Shown: piece after piece, positions 17,006 to 27,254 of the stretch | Layout of the letters: each line of letters begins with the position of its first letter | Position numbering within the stretch: position 1 is the first letter of the stretch | NCBI GenBank assembly: GCA_027003115.1 | Contig: JALWYS010000065.1 | Span: forward strand, 4,655-68,654 | DNA: 64,000 bases | Source of the DNA: Deltaproteobacteria bacterium | GTDB taxonomy: Bacteria; Desulfobacterota; Dissulfuribacteria; Dissulfuribacterales; QOAL01 | Reading direction: 5' to 3' | Position numbers and translations under genes: made by a program | The notes under the pieces: generated by a model | Databases searched by the model: none | The model's input: only the letters and a program-made list of their open reading frames with translations | What the model was told of the DNA's origin: nothing

Positions 17006-19213
17006 ATGTCCAAGATTATCTGTTCAGCAGCAATAAGAGGTGCCCACAAGATTGTGGATATGGCCGAAGAAAAGTATGAGGAGGCCCTTAAAAAGTATGG
17101 GCCTGAGCAGGAGGTGGCCTTTCCGAACACGGCCTACTACCTGCCAATCATATACAGTATGCTTGGCGCGCCTGTTAAGCAGCTGGGGGATATGAAAGAG
17201 ATATTTCAGGAGTGCAGGAAACTTCTTCCACCTCCTGTAAGTGACCATGTGTGGCTGCCTTACTTGGCACCGGCTCTTGATGCCGGTATGGCCACCTTCT
17301 TTGCTGAGGAGATGTTTGAGGCCATAAGATACATAGATGACCCTCAGTTTTATACCAAGACAGAGGATCCCCCTGCCAGTGGCAACTACTGGCTTGGGGC
17401 TGCCGACGATATCATCTTCAGGAAAAGGGGTGTGGAGTTCGTTGACGGAACGGCCCCGGGCTTTGCTGCAATTCTAGGTTCACCCGCTGATGCTGAAGAG
17501 GCAGAGAAGATAGCAACGGAACTTCAGGAGAAAAACCTCTATGTCTTTTTACACGATCAGACAGACGGAATCTATTTCCCTGACCAGCTTCTTAAGAGGA
17601 ACATCCAGATTGGATGGTCCACAAGGCTTGTTCCCTTTGGGCCCACCTACACCTCGGCAGTTTTCTCCATTGGTTTTGCATGCCGTGTTGCCCTGGCCTT
17701 TGGTGGAATTCAGCCAGGTGATTACAAGGCAAATCTCCTGTACAACAAGGATCGTACATTTGCCTTCGTGATAGCATTTGGGCCTGTTTCCGATGAGTGG
17801 TACGCCAATGCTGCCGGTGCCATAAACTGGGGCTTCCCAACCATATCAGATTGGGATATCCCAGAGGTGCTGCCATCGGGTATATGCACCTACGAGCACG
17901 TAGTAAGCAGGGTGCCACATGACGAGATTGTTCAGAAGGCCATTGAGGTCAGGGGCCTTAAGGTTACGGTTTCTAAGATAGACATCCCGGTATCCTATGG
18001 CCCTGCATTTGAGGGCGAACGAGTGCGTAAGGATGATCTCTATCTGGAATGTGGTGGCGGCCGTACCCTTGGCGTTGAGGTCTTGGTATCAAAGGATATG
18101 GACGAAGTGGAAGATGGCAAGGTGATCGTGGAAGGTCCAGAGATGGACGAGGTTGAAGAAGGCGCTAAGCTTCCCCTTGCCATACTGGTTGAGGTCGCAG
18201 GAAGGCAGATGCAGCCTGACTTTGAGCCGATCCTTGAGCGCCAGTTCCATCACCTGATCAATTACGCACAGGGCATAATGCACATTGGCCAGAGAAACAT
18301 CATGTGGCTTAGGGTGAGCAAGAGCGCCATTGAAAAGGGATTCAAGTTCGAACACATCGGCCGAATACTACATGGAAAGCTTCACCAGGATTTTGGCGCC
18401 ATTGTGGACAAGGTTCAGGTGAAGATCTACACAGAGGAAGAGAAGGTCAAGGAGGTATTGGATCTTGCCAAGCAGGTTTACGCTGCCAGAGATGAGCGCC
18501 TTGGCTCCATGACGGACGAAAGCGAGGAGGTCTTCTACTCCTGTACCCTTTGTCAGTCTTTTGCTCCGAGCCACGTCTGCGTCATCACCCCTGAGCGCGT
18601 TGGGATGTGCGGGGCCTACAACTGGCTCGATGGAAAGGCCTCCTATGAGATAAATCCCACGGGTCCTAACCAGCCCATTGAAAAGGGCAAGTGCATTGAC
18701 GAAAAGCTTGGCCAGTGGGAGGGCATAAACGAGTTCGTGAAACAGGCATCCCGAGGAAAGGTGGAAAGGGTCAGCGCCTACTCCCTCATGGTTGACCCTA
18801 TGACTGCCTGTGGATGCTTTGAGTGTATAGCCACCATGCTTCCCATGTGCAATGGTATCATGATTGTAAACCGTGACTACATGGGCATGACACCCAGTGG
18901 AATGAAATTTACCACTCTTGCGGGAATGGTTGGTGGCGGCCAGGTTACCCCAGGATTTCTTGGTGTTTCCAAGCATTACATCTGTTCGAGGAAGTTTATG
19001 AAGGCAGAAGGGGGGCTAAAAAGGGTCGTCTGGATGCCAAAGATGCTCAAGGAAGAGTTGAGGGAGCGTCTCCAGGAAAGGGCCGAGGAGATTGGAATCC
19101 CCGATCTCTTGGACCTGATAGCAGATGAGGAAGTGGGTGTATCTGAGGACGAGGTCTTGAAGTATCTGCAGGAAAAGGGTCATCCGGCACTTTCCATGGA
19201 AAGCGTTGTTTAA
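17006..19213 (+). CDS. acsB: acetyl-CoA synthase (CO-methylating; ACS alpha, A-cluster subunit)
   Basis: 735 aa. The N-terminus IRGAHKIV...AFPNTAYYLPIIY and the A-cluster ligand region TACGCFECIA are diagnostic of AcsB. Confidence 0.95.
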   Translation: MSKIICSAAIRGAHKIVDMAEEKYEEALKKYGPEQEVAFPNTAYYLPIIYSMLGAPVKQLGDMKEIFQECRKLLPPPVSDHVWLPYLAPALDAGMATFFAEEMFEAIRYIDDPQFYTKTEDPPASGNYWLGAADDIIFRKRGVEFVDGTAPGFAAILGSPADAEEAEKIATELQEKNLYVFLHDQTDGIYFPDQLLKRNIQIGWSTRLVPFGPTYTSAVFSIGFACRVALAFGGIQPGDYKANLLYNKDRTFAFVIAFGPVSDEWYANAAGAINWGFPTISDWDIPEVLPSGICTYEHVVSRVPHDEIVQKAIEVRGLKVTVSKIDIPVSYGPAFEGERVRKDDLYLECGGGRTLGVEVLVSKDMDEVEDGKVIVEGPEMDEVEEGAKLPLAILVEVAGRQMQPDFEPILERQFHHLINYAQGIMHIGQRNIMWLRVSKSAIEKGFKFEHIGRILHGKLHQDFGAIVDKVQVKIYTEEEKVKEVLDLAKQVYAARDERLGSMTDESEEVFYSCTLCQSFAPSHVCVITPERVGMCGAYNWLDGKASYEINPTGPNQPIEKGKCIDEKLGQWEGINEFVKQASRGKVERVSAYSLMVDPMTACGCFECIATMLPMCNGIMIVNRDYMGMTPSGMKFTTLAGMVGGGQVTPGFLGVSKHYICSRKFMKAEGGLKRVVWMPKMLKEELRERLQERAEEIGIPDLLDLIADEEVGVSEDEVLKYLQEKGHPALSMESVV

Positions 19214-19228
19214 GAGGAGAAAAGGATC

Positions 19229-20584
19229 ATGGGTCTTACAGGGATAGAAATCCTGAAAATGCTCCCCAAGAAAAACTGCGGGGAGTGCGGTGTGCCCACG
19301 TGTCTGGCCTTTGCCATGAAGGTTGCAGCTGGGCAGGAGGATATTGGTGCATGTCCCTACGTTTCTGACGAGGTCAAGGAGAAGGTTGGTGAGGCCAGTG
19401 CCCCGCCTATCCGCACCGTCACCCTGGGTAGTGGGGACCACAAGTTCCAGGTTGGAGGAGAGACCTGTCTATACAGGCATGAGAAGCGCTTTGAACATCC
19501 AACAGGGCTTGCTGTCCTGGTTACTACGCAGATGGATGACGAAGAGGTGTCCCAACGGCTTGCCAGGTTCAATGCACTTCGTTACGACAGGGTTGGCGTT
19601 GAGTTAAAGGCAGACCTTGTTGCAGTAAAGGACCAGGGCGGGGATGAAGCGGCCTTCAAAGCCCTTGTAGAAAAGGTCAGGCAGGATTGCCCAGATGCGG
19701 CCATCATTCTCATGAGTGAAGATCCCCAGACCATAAAGGGTGGTGCAGAGGTTTGCGGTGAGCACAAGCCCCTTCTTTATGCAGCTACCCCATCCAATAT
19801 GGATGATATGGTTACGGTTGCAAAGGAGACAGAGTGTCCCCTTGCCGTAAAGGGAGCCAATATCGGGGAGACCGCGGAGCTTTCAGAGAAGATCCAGGGC
19901 GAAGGGTTAAAGGATCTGGTTATTGATACTGGTGCAAGGACCATCAAGGCAGTTTTTGAGGATCAGGTTGTGTGCAGGAGGGCTGCCATAAAGCACAAGT
20001 ACAAGCCCTTGGGTTTCCCAACCATCACCTTTCCTTGTGAGATGACAGAAGATGCCCTTACAGAGGCCATGCTAACCTCTGTACTTATTGCAAAGTACGC
20101 AGGCATCTGCGTGCTTTCAGATATTCAGGGGGATACGCTCTTTCCACTCCTGCTTGAGCGGCTCAATATATATACTGATCCGCAAAGGCCAATGGTGGTT
20201 CAGGAGGGTATTTACCCAATTAACGGACCTGATGAAAATTCCCCGGTCCTTATCACCTGTAACTTTTCACTCACCTACTTTATCGTTTCTGGTGAAATTG
20301 AGGGCTCCAAGGTGCCTGCATGGCTCCTTATCAAGGACACAGAAGGCCTGTCGGTCCTTACAGCTTGGGCTGCCGGAAAGTTCAGCGCAGACCTCATCGC
20401 CCAGTTTGTCAAGAAAAGCGGCATAGAGGAGAAGGTGAAACACAGGAGCCTGATAATACCCGGTTACCTTGCCTCCATTAAGGGAGAGCTGGAAGAGGAA
20501 CTTCCAGACTGGAAGATTCAGATCGGGCCCAGGGAGGCAAGCCATCTGCCTCCGTATCTAAAGAGCTGGCAGCCTGAGGGCTGA
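19229..20584 (+). CDS. acsC: corrinoid iron-sulfur protein large subunit
   Basis: The N-terminal [4Fe-4S] motif is LPKKNCGECGVPTCLAFAMKVA. Length is 451 aa, with a GAGGAG RBS. Confidence 0.92.
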   Translation: MGLTGIEILKMLPKKNCGECGVPTCLAFAMKVAAGQEDIGACPYVSDEVKEKVGEASAPPIRTVTLGSGDHKFQVGGETCLYRHEKRFEHPTGLAVLVTTQMDDEEVSQRLARFNALRYDRVGVELKADLVAVKDQGGDEAAFKALVEKVRQDCPDAAIILMSEDPQTIKGGAEVCGEHKPLLYAATPSNMDDMVTVAKETECPLAVKGANIGETAELSEKIQGEGLKDLVIDTGARTIKAVFEDQVVCRRAAIKHKYKPLGFPTITFPCEMTEDALTEAMLTSVLIAKYAGICVLSDIQGDTLFPLLLERLNIYTDPQRPMVVQEGIYPINGPDENSPVLITCNFSLTYFIVSGEIEGSKVPAWLLIKDTEGLSVLTAWAAGKFSADLIAQFVKKSGIEEKVKHRSLIIPGYLASIKGELEEELPDWKIQIGPREASHLPPYLKSWQPEG

Positions 20585-20616
20585 AAAATTATCAAAATCA
20601 AGGATGAGGAAGAGAC

Positions 20617-21507
20617 ATGTACGTTCAATGTATAGCTGAAAGCATCAACATAATGGGAAAGCGTACAGGTGGGGCCATGAGGGCCAGGGATCCTAGGCCT
20701 ATTGTGGAAATGGCCCACGAGGAGGTGGCCTTTGGCGGCGATTACCTTGACCTGAACATTGGGCCTGCCAGGAAGGACGGCACCGAGCTTATGCCGTGGA
20801 TAGTGCGTGTTGTAGAGGAGGTTACTGATTGCCCGCTCTCCCTAGACACAACAAACGCAGATGCCCTTATAGCCGGTATGAAGGCAGCCAAAAATCCAAA
20901 GCAGCACATTATGAACTCCATATCCCTTCAGCCTGAAAGGATGAAGAAACTCATACCGGTTGCCGCCGAGACGGGCTGTTATGTGGTGGGGCTTCTTTGG
21001 GGGGTGGATGGAATGCCCAGGGATTCCAACGAACGGGCTGCCATGACGGTGGATCTTACAATGGCAATGAATGAGGCGGGAATTCCCAATGAAAAGATAC
21101 TCATAGACCCAATTGCAACTCCCATAACACTTGGTTCCGAGCAGGTCATGAGCGGATTAGAATTCATGGCCATGCTACCGGATATCGCCCCTGGGGTTAA
21201 GAGCACCGTTGGCCTTTCCAACGTATCAAATGGGGTTGAGGCGCATCTTCGTCCCTATCTCAATAGGGCCTATCTTGCAATGCTCATGAAGGTTGGTATC
21301 TGGTCGGCGATAGTTGACGCCTATGACCAGGAACTTATTGAGCTTGCCCACGGGGAGCGCTCGGAACTGCTAAAGCTTGTCCATGATATAATGGATGGCA
21401 ACGAACCCGATCCTTCAACCCTTTCCGACAAGGAAATGGAGTACTACAAAACAACACGGGTTCTCATGGGAAAGACCATTTTCTCAGAATCCTGGTTGGA
21501 ACTTTAA
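20617..21507 (+). CDS. acsE: methyl-THF:corrinoid/Fe-S protein methyltransferase
   Basis: Pterin-binding (DHPS-like) motifs: AESINIMGKRTGGAMRARD, YLDLNIGPA, LSLDTTN, NSISL and GLSNVSNG. Confidence 0.88.
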   Translation: MYVQCIAESINIMGKRTGGAMRARDPRPIVEMAHEEVAFGGDYLDLNIGPARKDGTELMPWIVRVVEEVTDCPLSLDTTNADALIAGMKAAKNPKQHIMNSISLQPERMKKLIPVAAETGCYVVGLLWGVDGMPRDSNERAAMTVDLTMAMNEAGIPNEKILIDPIATPITLGSEQVMSGLEFMAMLPDIAPGVKSTVGLSNVSNGVEAHLRPYLNRAYLAMLMKVGIWSAIVDAYDQELIELAHGERSELLKLVHDIMDGNEPDPSTLSDKEMEYYKTTRVLMGKTIFSESWLEL

Positions 21508-21534
21508 AAATAAGGATTCAAAAGGTATTATTAA

Positions 21535-21560
21535 ATGGTGGGTCATTCCCACCATTTTTG
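21535..21560 (+). terminator. intrinsic-terminator-like hairpin between acsE and fdhA
   Basis: ATGGTGGG (21535-21542) pairs with CCCACCAT (21548-21555) around a 5-nt loop and is followed by TTTT. Only about 17 nt remain before the fdhA ATG. Confidence 0.55.
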
Positions 21561-21576
21561 TATGGAAAGGTTGCAA

Positions 21577-24500
21577 ATGGCTGAATCAATCAAAATCACG
21601 CTAGACGGCAATGAGATCAAGGCCAAAAAGGGTCAGACAATCCTTCAGGCTGCAAGGGAGGCGGATATCAAGATACCCACCCTTTGTTATCTTGAAGGAG
21701 GCAGTGATTCTGAACGGCCCTGTCTTTTGTGCATGGTTGAGGTGGAGGGGATTGGCAGGGTCAGGGCATGTAATACCTTGGCTGAGGATGGACAGGTCAT
21801 AACTGTTCATTCCAAGGACCTGGATGCCTTCAGAAAGGAGAGACTCACAAGGCTTGCGGAGAGCCACTACGGGGACTGCCGGGCTCCATGTAATCTTACC
21901 TGCCCAGGCGGCATAAACGTCCAGGGATACGTAAACCTCATTGCCAAGGGCGAATACAAGGCTGCCCTCATGCTCATAAAGGAGAAAAATCCCCTGCCCA
22001 TTTCCGTTGGCAGGGTTTGCCCCAGGTTTTGCGAAACAAGGTGCAGGAGGATACTCCTCGATGAGCCCATAGCCATAAACCACTTAAAACGTTTTGTTGC
22101 CGATTATGCCTCTGAAATGGGTTTCAGGGATGATGTCGTGGGAAAGCCTACAGGAAAGAAGGTGGCTATAATCGGTGGGGGCCCTGCAGGCCTTTCCTGT
22201 GCCTATTTCCTTAGAAAGCAGGGGCATGATGTCACTATATTTGAGGCAGAGGAGAAGCTTGGAGGGCTTTTAAGGTATGGAATTCCCGGCTACAAGCTTC
22301 CAAACAAGGAGGTGGACAAGGAGGTCCAAAATATCCTAAATCTTGGTGTCCACGTAAAACTTCAAAAGAAATGGGGCCAGGATTTCACCATCAAGGACCT
22401 TAAAGATCAGGGCTATGGGGCGGTCTTCATTGCTACCGGACTTTCAAGGCAGAAGAAGCTTGAGATAGAGGGGGCAGAGCTTGCCATTTGCGGTCTAAAG
22501 TTTCTGAAAGAGGTGAACAAGGGTGGAGCCCCTGCGGTTGGCGAACAGGTCCTGGTGGTTGGAGGCGGTGACATAGCAGTTGACGCTGCCAGAAGTGCAC
22601 GGCGACTTGGCGCTAGAAACGTCACTGTCATCTATCCTCGTTCGCGGGTTGAGCTTCCGGCCCACCAGCGGGAGATAGAGGAGGCGGAAAAGGAAGGGGT
22701 TCAGTTTTTCCTCATGGCAACCCCCCTTAAAATCACTGAAGAAGAGGATAAGCTGAAGGTGGAGATGGCCCGGACAATCCTGGACGAGCCTGATGAAAGG
22801 GGAATCAGGCACCCAATCCCAATGCCGGGTTCGCGTCTTTACTGGACAGGAGATACAATTATTTCAGCCCTGGGCCAGGAAGGCGATCCAACATTTCAAA
22901 GCTTTGGTGAGATCGAGGCCTCCATCAAGCTTACTCCAAGAAAGACCATAAAGACCCATCCAAGCACCATGAAGACCAGTGTGGATGGCATTTTCGCAGG
23001 AGGTGACGCAGCCACCGGTTCAAGGACAGTGATACAGGCCGTTGCCGGAGGAAGAAGGGCTGCTGAATCCATCCACGAATACCTCATGAAGGAGAAGGCC
23101 GGGATAACAGAGGCCAGATTCAACTTCACCAAGGGCAAGCGCTTTGAAGACGTGGACATGCACAATTTCGACGGCTATTCTATTCAGCTGAACGAAGTAA
23201 TGCCTTCCAGGCCTCCTGAAAGACGGATCGGTGATTTTGACGAGGCAAATCTTGGTTTTTCAGAAGAGATGGCGGTTCGCGAGGCCAAAAGGTGCCTGCA
23301 ATGCGGATGCCTTGGGCTTTCAAAGTGCACCTACAGGGAGCTTTGCGTTGATTACAAGGTCAAGGCAAATGTTTCCCATACAAGGCTTAAATATCCAGTT
23401 GACAGAAGCCATCCCTTTATTGTCATCGATGCAAATAAGTGCATAGGCTGCACAAGGTGCTTGAGAAGCTGTAAATATGGTGCCCTTGAGCTAGACATCA
23501 AATGGGATGAGAAGTCCCAGGTCATTCAGGATGTATCCATCAGGCTTAATGAAAAATGCGTATCATGCGGGGCCTGTGTGGATGCCTGTCCTACTGGTAC
23601 CCTTTCCAAGCAGGACCTTGTAATTCCACTTTTTCCAGAGCAGGTAACCAAGGTAAAGAGCGTTTGCACTTACTGTGGCACGGGCTGTAGCCTTGACGTG
23701 GTTTCCAAGTATGGGGCCATTTTGGAGGTGAAGGCCGATTCGTCAAGACCGCCAAATTGGGGACAGCTGTGTGTAAAGGGCAGGTTCGGTTACACCTTTT
23801 ACAGGCATGAGGAGAGGCTCAGAAGGCCCCTGGTAAGGGATAACATCGATGAGCCTTTCAGAGAGGTGGATTGGGACGAGGCCCTTCGGGTGCTGGCTGC
23901 CCGCCTTAATGCCATTCGGGACAATTTCGGCTCTGATAGCGTTGGAGTCCTTGCCTCATCAAGGTGTACCAACGAGGAAAACTATCTTCTCCAGAAGCTT
24001 GCCCGTGCAGCCTGGGGCACAAACAATGTGGATAACTGTGCCCGGGTCTGACACGCTCCTTCTGTCAGCGGTCTGCTGGCGACACTGGGAAGCGGAGCAG
24101 CAACCACACCCTTCGAGCAGATTATAGGTACGGACTGTCTCTTGATCTGCGGCTCTAACACCACTGAGGCCCATCCCATCGTTGCGCTCAAGGTGAAAGA
24201 GGCAGCAAGGACAGGAACCGACCTCATAGTCATTGACCCAAGACGAACAGAAGTTGCCTCCATTGCCCAAGAACAGCCAGGCGGTTTGTTCTTGAGGGTG
24301 GCGCCTGGAGGAAACATCCCCCTTCTCAACTCCATCTTGTACTGCATCATTGAAGAGGGGCTAATAAACGAGGACTTCATATCAAAACGGACAGAGCATT
24401 TTGAGGCCATAAGGAAACATGTAAAGGATTACCCCCCTGAAAAGGTGTATCAGATAACGGATGTTGATCCGGAACTAGTGAGGGCTGCTGCTCGAAAGTA

Positions 24501-25692
24501 CGCCTCCTCCAAAAATTCCCTTATCCTCTACGGCCTTGGAGTTGCCGAGCACAAGGGTGGCACGGCCGGGGTAATAGCTCTGGCAAACCTTGTCCTGGCA
24601 ACAGGTCAGGTAGGCAAGCCCCACAGCGGCATAAATCCGCTAAGGGGGCAGAACAACGTGCAGGGAGCCTGCGACATGGGGACCTTGCCTTACACCTTCC
24701 CGGGTTATCAGCCAACTGATGATCCAAAGGTGCTTGAGAAATTTTCCAATGCCTGGGGAGTGAGCAGTCTTCCGGTATCAGACGGCCTTCTTGAGCCCCA
24801 GATGTACGATGCGGCCCTTGAGGGCCGATTCAAGGCACTTTACTGTGTAGGTTACGACCCTGCCCAGACCCAGTCTAACATTGGCAAGGTGCACGAGGCG
24901 CTAAAGGCCATGGATCTTGTGATGGTTCAGGATCTCTTTCTCACGGAAACAGCCAAGTTTGCCCATATTGTCCTGCCATCTGCCTGTTTCTATGAAAAGG
25001 ATGGTACCTTTACAAGTGGTGAGCGACGGGTAAGACGTGTCAACAAGGTCATAGATCCGCCTGGAAAAGCAAAGGCAGACTGGGAAATAATTTGTCTCGT
25101 TTCCCAGGCCACTGGATATCCCATGTTTTATACTGGGCCTGAGCAGATAATGGCAGAAATAGCAAGGGTGACCCCGGCCTATGCAGGTATCAGCTACGAC
25201 AGGCTTGGGGACAACGGAATGGTCTGGCCATGTCCCTCTCCCGACCATCCGGGAACCCCACTTCTCCATACGGGAAGTTTCCCGAGGGGTAAGGGTACAT
25301 TTGTGCCTGTCTCCTATATCATTCCAGAAGAGGAGGCTGATGAAGAGTATCCCTTTGTTCTCATTACCGGAAGGCGGTTGGAACATTACAACAACGGTTC
25401 CATGACTAGACGCTGCGAGGGATTTGACCGGCTGTGTCCAGAGGAGCTGGTGGAGATAAATCCGGAAGATGCGGCACGGCTCAAGGTGGAAGATGGAGCC
25501 GTGGTTAAGGTGGAATCAAGACGTGCCAGAATAAAGGCCAGGGTCAAGGTCACAGAAAGAAGTAAGCCTGGGGTGGTGTTTATGACCTTCCACCATCAGG
25601 ACACCTTGACCAACTTCCTTACGAGTCCTGGCATGGACGCCAAGACCCTAACTCCTGAATACAAGGTGTGCGCAGTGAGAATCAAACCATAA
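21577..25692 (+). CDS. fdhA: selenocysteine formate dehydrogenase, single-polypeptide fusion (2Fe-2S ferredoxin + GltD/NfnB-like NAD(P)H-FAD module + 4Fe-4S domains + Mo/W-bisPGD catalytic domain); UGA at 24049-24051
   Basis: ORFs 21535..24051 and 24142..25692 are in the same frame with an open junction. The junction reads NNVDNCARV-TGA-HAPSVSGL, the classic FdhA Sec site. The N-terminus has CYLEGG...CLLC...C (2Fe-2S). Next come CRAPCNLTCPGG...GRVCPRFCETRC, VAIIGGGPAGLSCA and VLVVGGGDIAVDAA (GltD-like), then CIGCTRCLRSC, CVSCGACVDACP and CTYCGTGCSL. I prefer the start MAESIKI at 21577. Confidence 0.9.
24064..24080 (+). promoter_or_regulatory. SECIS hairpin for the fdhA UGA
   Basis: GUCAGC-GGUCU-GCUGGC forms a 6-bp stem (one U-G pair). 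The loop starts 21 nt after the UGA and closely resembles the E. coli fdhF apical GGUCUGC element. Confidence 0.75.
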
Positions 25693-25886
25693 ATGCAATA
25701 AAGGATTGAAACGGGGCTGATTCGTCGGCCCCAACCAATGTTTTGGCCATCTAACTTGCAGGCTTCGTCAATCAAGAGACACAACTTATCAATTCATAAC
25801 TAGCCATAACTAGTCAGCTGATCAGAGATAAGGAAAACGTAGATGTAGTAGTTATTGGTGCAGGACCTGGAGGCAGCGTCACTGCA

Positions 25887-27020
25887 ATGCTCCTGGCACG
25901 TCTTGGCCACGATGTTCTTTTGTTGGACAGGGCCCGGTTCCCAAGGAAAAAGACGTGCGGGGATGGACTTACTCCGAGAGCCGTTGACACCTTGGCTCGT
26001 TTGGGACTTGAGAAAAAGATTGCCTCCCTTTCTTTCAAGGTTCTTAGTGCGCGACTCTATGCACCCTCAGGCACAGTATTAAGGGCCAGTTTTGCCAATT
26101 CTGTAGAGCCGCTTCCTCCAAGAGGATACGTGATACAACGTGTGCATCTTGATGATCTTTTGCGGCTTGAGGCCATAAAGGCCGGTGCCCGCTTTGTGGG
26201 CGGTGCGCAGGTGACTGATTTTATATGGGATAACCAGAGGGTAAAAGGTGTAAAAGTCCATCTGGACGGGGTCGAAAAGGAGGTGCGCTCCTTCGTAGTC
26301 GTTGTGGCAACTGGGGCTTCTTTGCATCTCTTGAAGCGGCTCGGGATTGCTCCTGCTAGCGGTGTTGATCTCTTTGCAGTCAGGGGATACTGGGAGGGCG
26401 TAAAGGATATCGATGACGCCCTTGAGTTTCACTTTGTGCGCAATATCTCCCCTGGTTACTCGTGGCTTTTTCCCGTAAGTTATGATGTGGCCAATATAGG
26501 CATCTGCTTTTATCCTGGGAGGAAATTTCCACGTATCTTACCTCGAAAGATGCTCATGGAACTTTTGTCATCCCACCCATATTTCAGGAAGCGTCTGGAA
26601 AACGCCCGCCCCATGGGCAAGATACATGGCTATCCCATCCGGACAGGTTTCCCACTCCAGCCAGTTAGTGGTAAAGGCTGGTTAATCGTTGGAGAAGCGG
26701 CAGGACTTGTCAACCCGGTGACAGGTGAAGGCATTGATCTGGCAATGGAGAGTGCAGAACTTGCAGCCCAGGTTATTTATCAGGTCATTGGCTCTGGAAA
26801 CAGGGATGGGGACACGTTACGCCTTTATTCCAAAAAGCTTCATAGCCGTTTTAGGGGCATGTTTTACGCCCTTCGTTTGATTCGTCCAGTGGCCCTGCAC
26901 CCACAGTTACAGGAATTCGTACTTAGAATGGCCACAAAACGTCCAGGTCTTAAGAGGCGAATCATTCGTATCAACCTGGGGCTTGTCCCAGTACACCAAA
27001 TACTCTTTCCATGGTTTTAG
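25887..27020 (+). CDS. FAD-dependent geranylgeranyl-reductase-family oxidoreductase (start codon unresolved)
   Basis: Motifs RFPRKKTCGDGLTPRA and GEAAGLVNPVTGEGI. The in-frame sequence upstream of ATG 25887 encodes VDVVVIGAGPGGSVTA (25839-25886), the dinucleotide-binding motif. There is no ATG, GTG or TTG between the upstream stop (25797) and 25887. Confidence 0.7.
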   Translation: MLLARLGHDVLLLDRARFPRKKTCGDGLTPRAVDTLARLGLEKKIASLSFKVLSARLYAPSGTVLRASFANSVEPLPPRGYVIQRVHLDDLLRLEAIKAGARFVGGAQVTDFIWDNQRVKGVKVHLDGVEKEVRSFVVVVATGASLHLLKRLGIAPASGVDLFAVRGYWEGVKDIDDALEFHFVRNISPGYSWLFPVSYDVANIGICFYPGRKFPRILPRKMLMELLSSHPYFRKRLENARPMGKIHGYPIRTGFPLQPVSGKGWLIVGEAAGLVNPVTGEGIDLAMESAELAAQVIYQVIGSGNRDGDTLRLYSKKLHSRFRGMFYALRLIRPVALHPQLQEFVLRMATKRPGLKRRIIRINLGLVPVHQILFPWF

Positions 27021-27254
27021 AGAAACTCATTTTGCGTAGCATGCGGGCTTAATTGGCATTATGTAGGAAACCTCACTAAAGAGGCTCTCTTTGGTATCAA
27101 AGGCCAAGGGCGAATGAGGCCTGGTTAAAGTCGCTCCTACTTATTGGTCAAGGGGAAAGTGCCTGTAAAATCGTTGTATTTACGTAAAGCCGTTGTTATT
27201 ACTAACCTGTTGCAAGAAAAAGAGATTTTCATTGTAAAAAAACACAAGAGGCAA

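Noticed and set aside
21535-21576. ATG 21535 as the formate dehydrogenase start (MVGHSHHFCMERLQ...).
   Set aside because: That ATG is the first base of the terminator-like hairpin stem. The 2Fe-2S domain homology begins at MAESIKITLDG (ATG 21577), which has its own purine-rich RBS.
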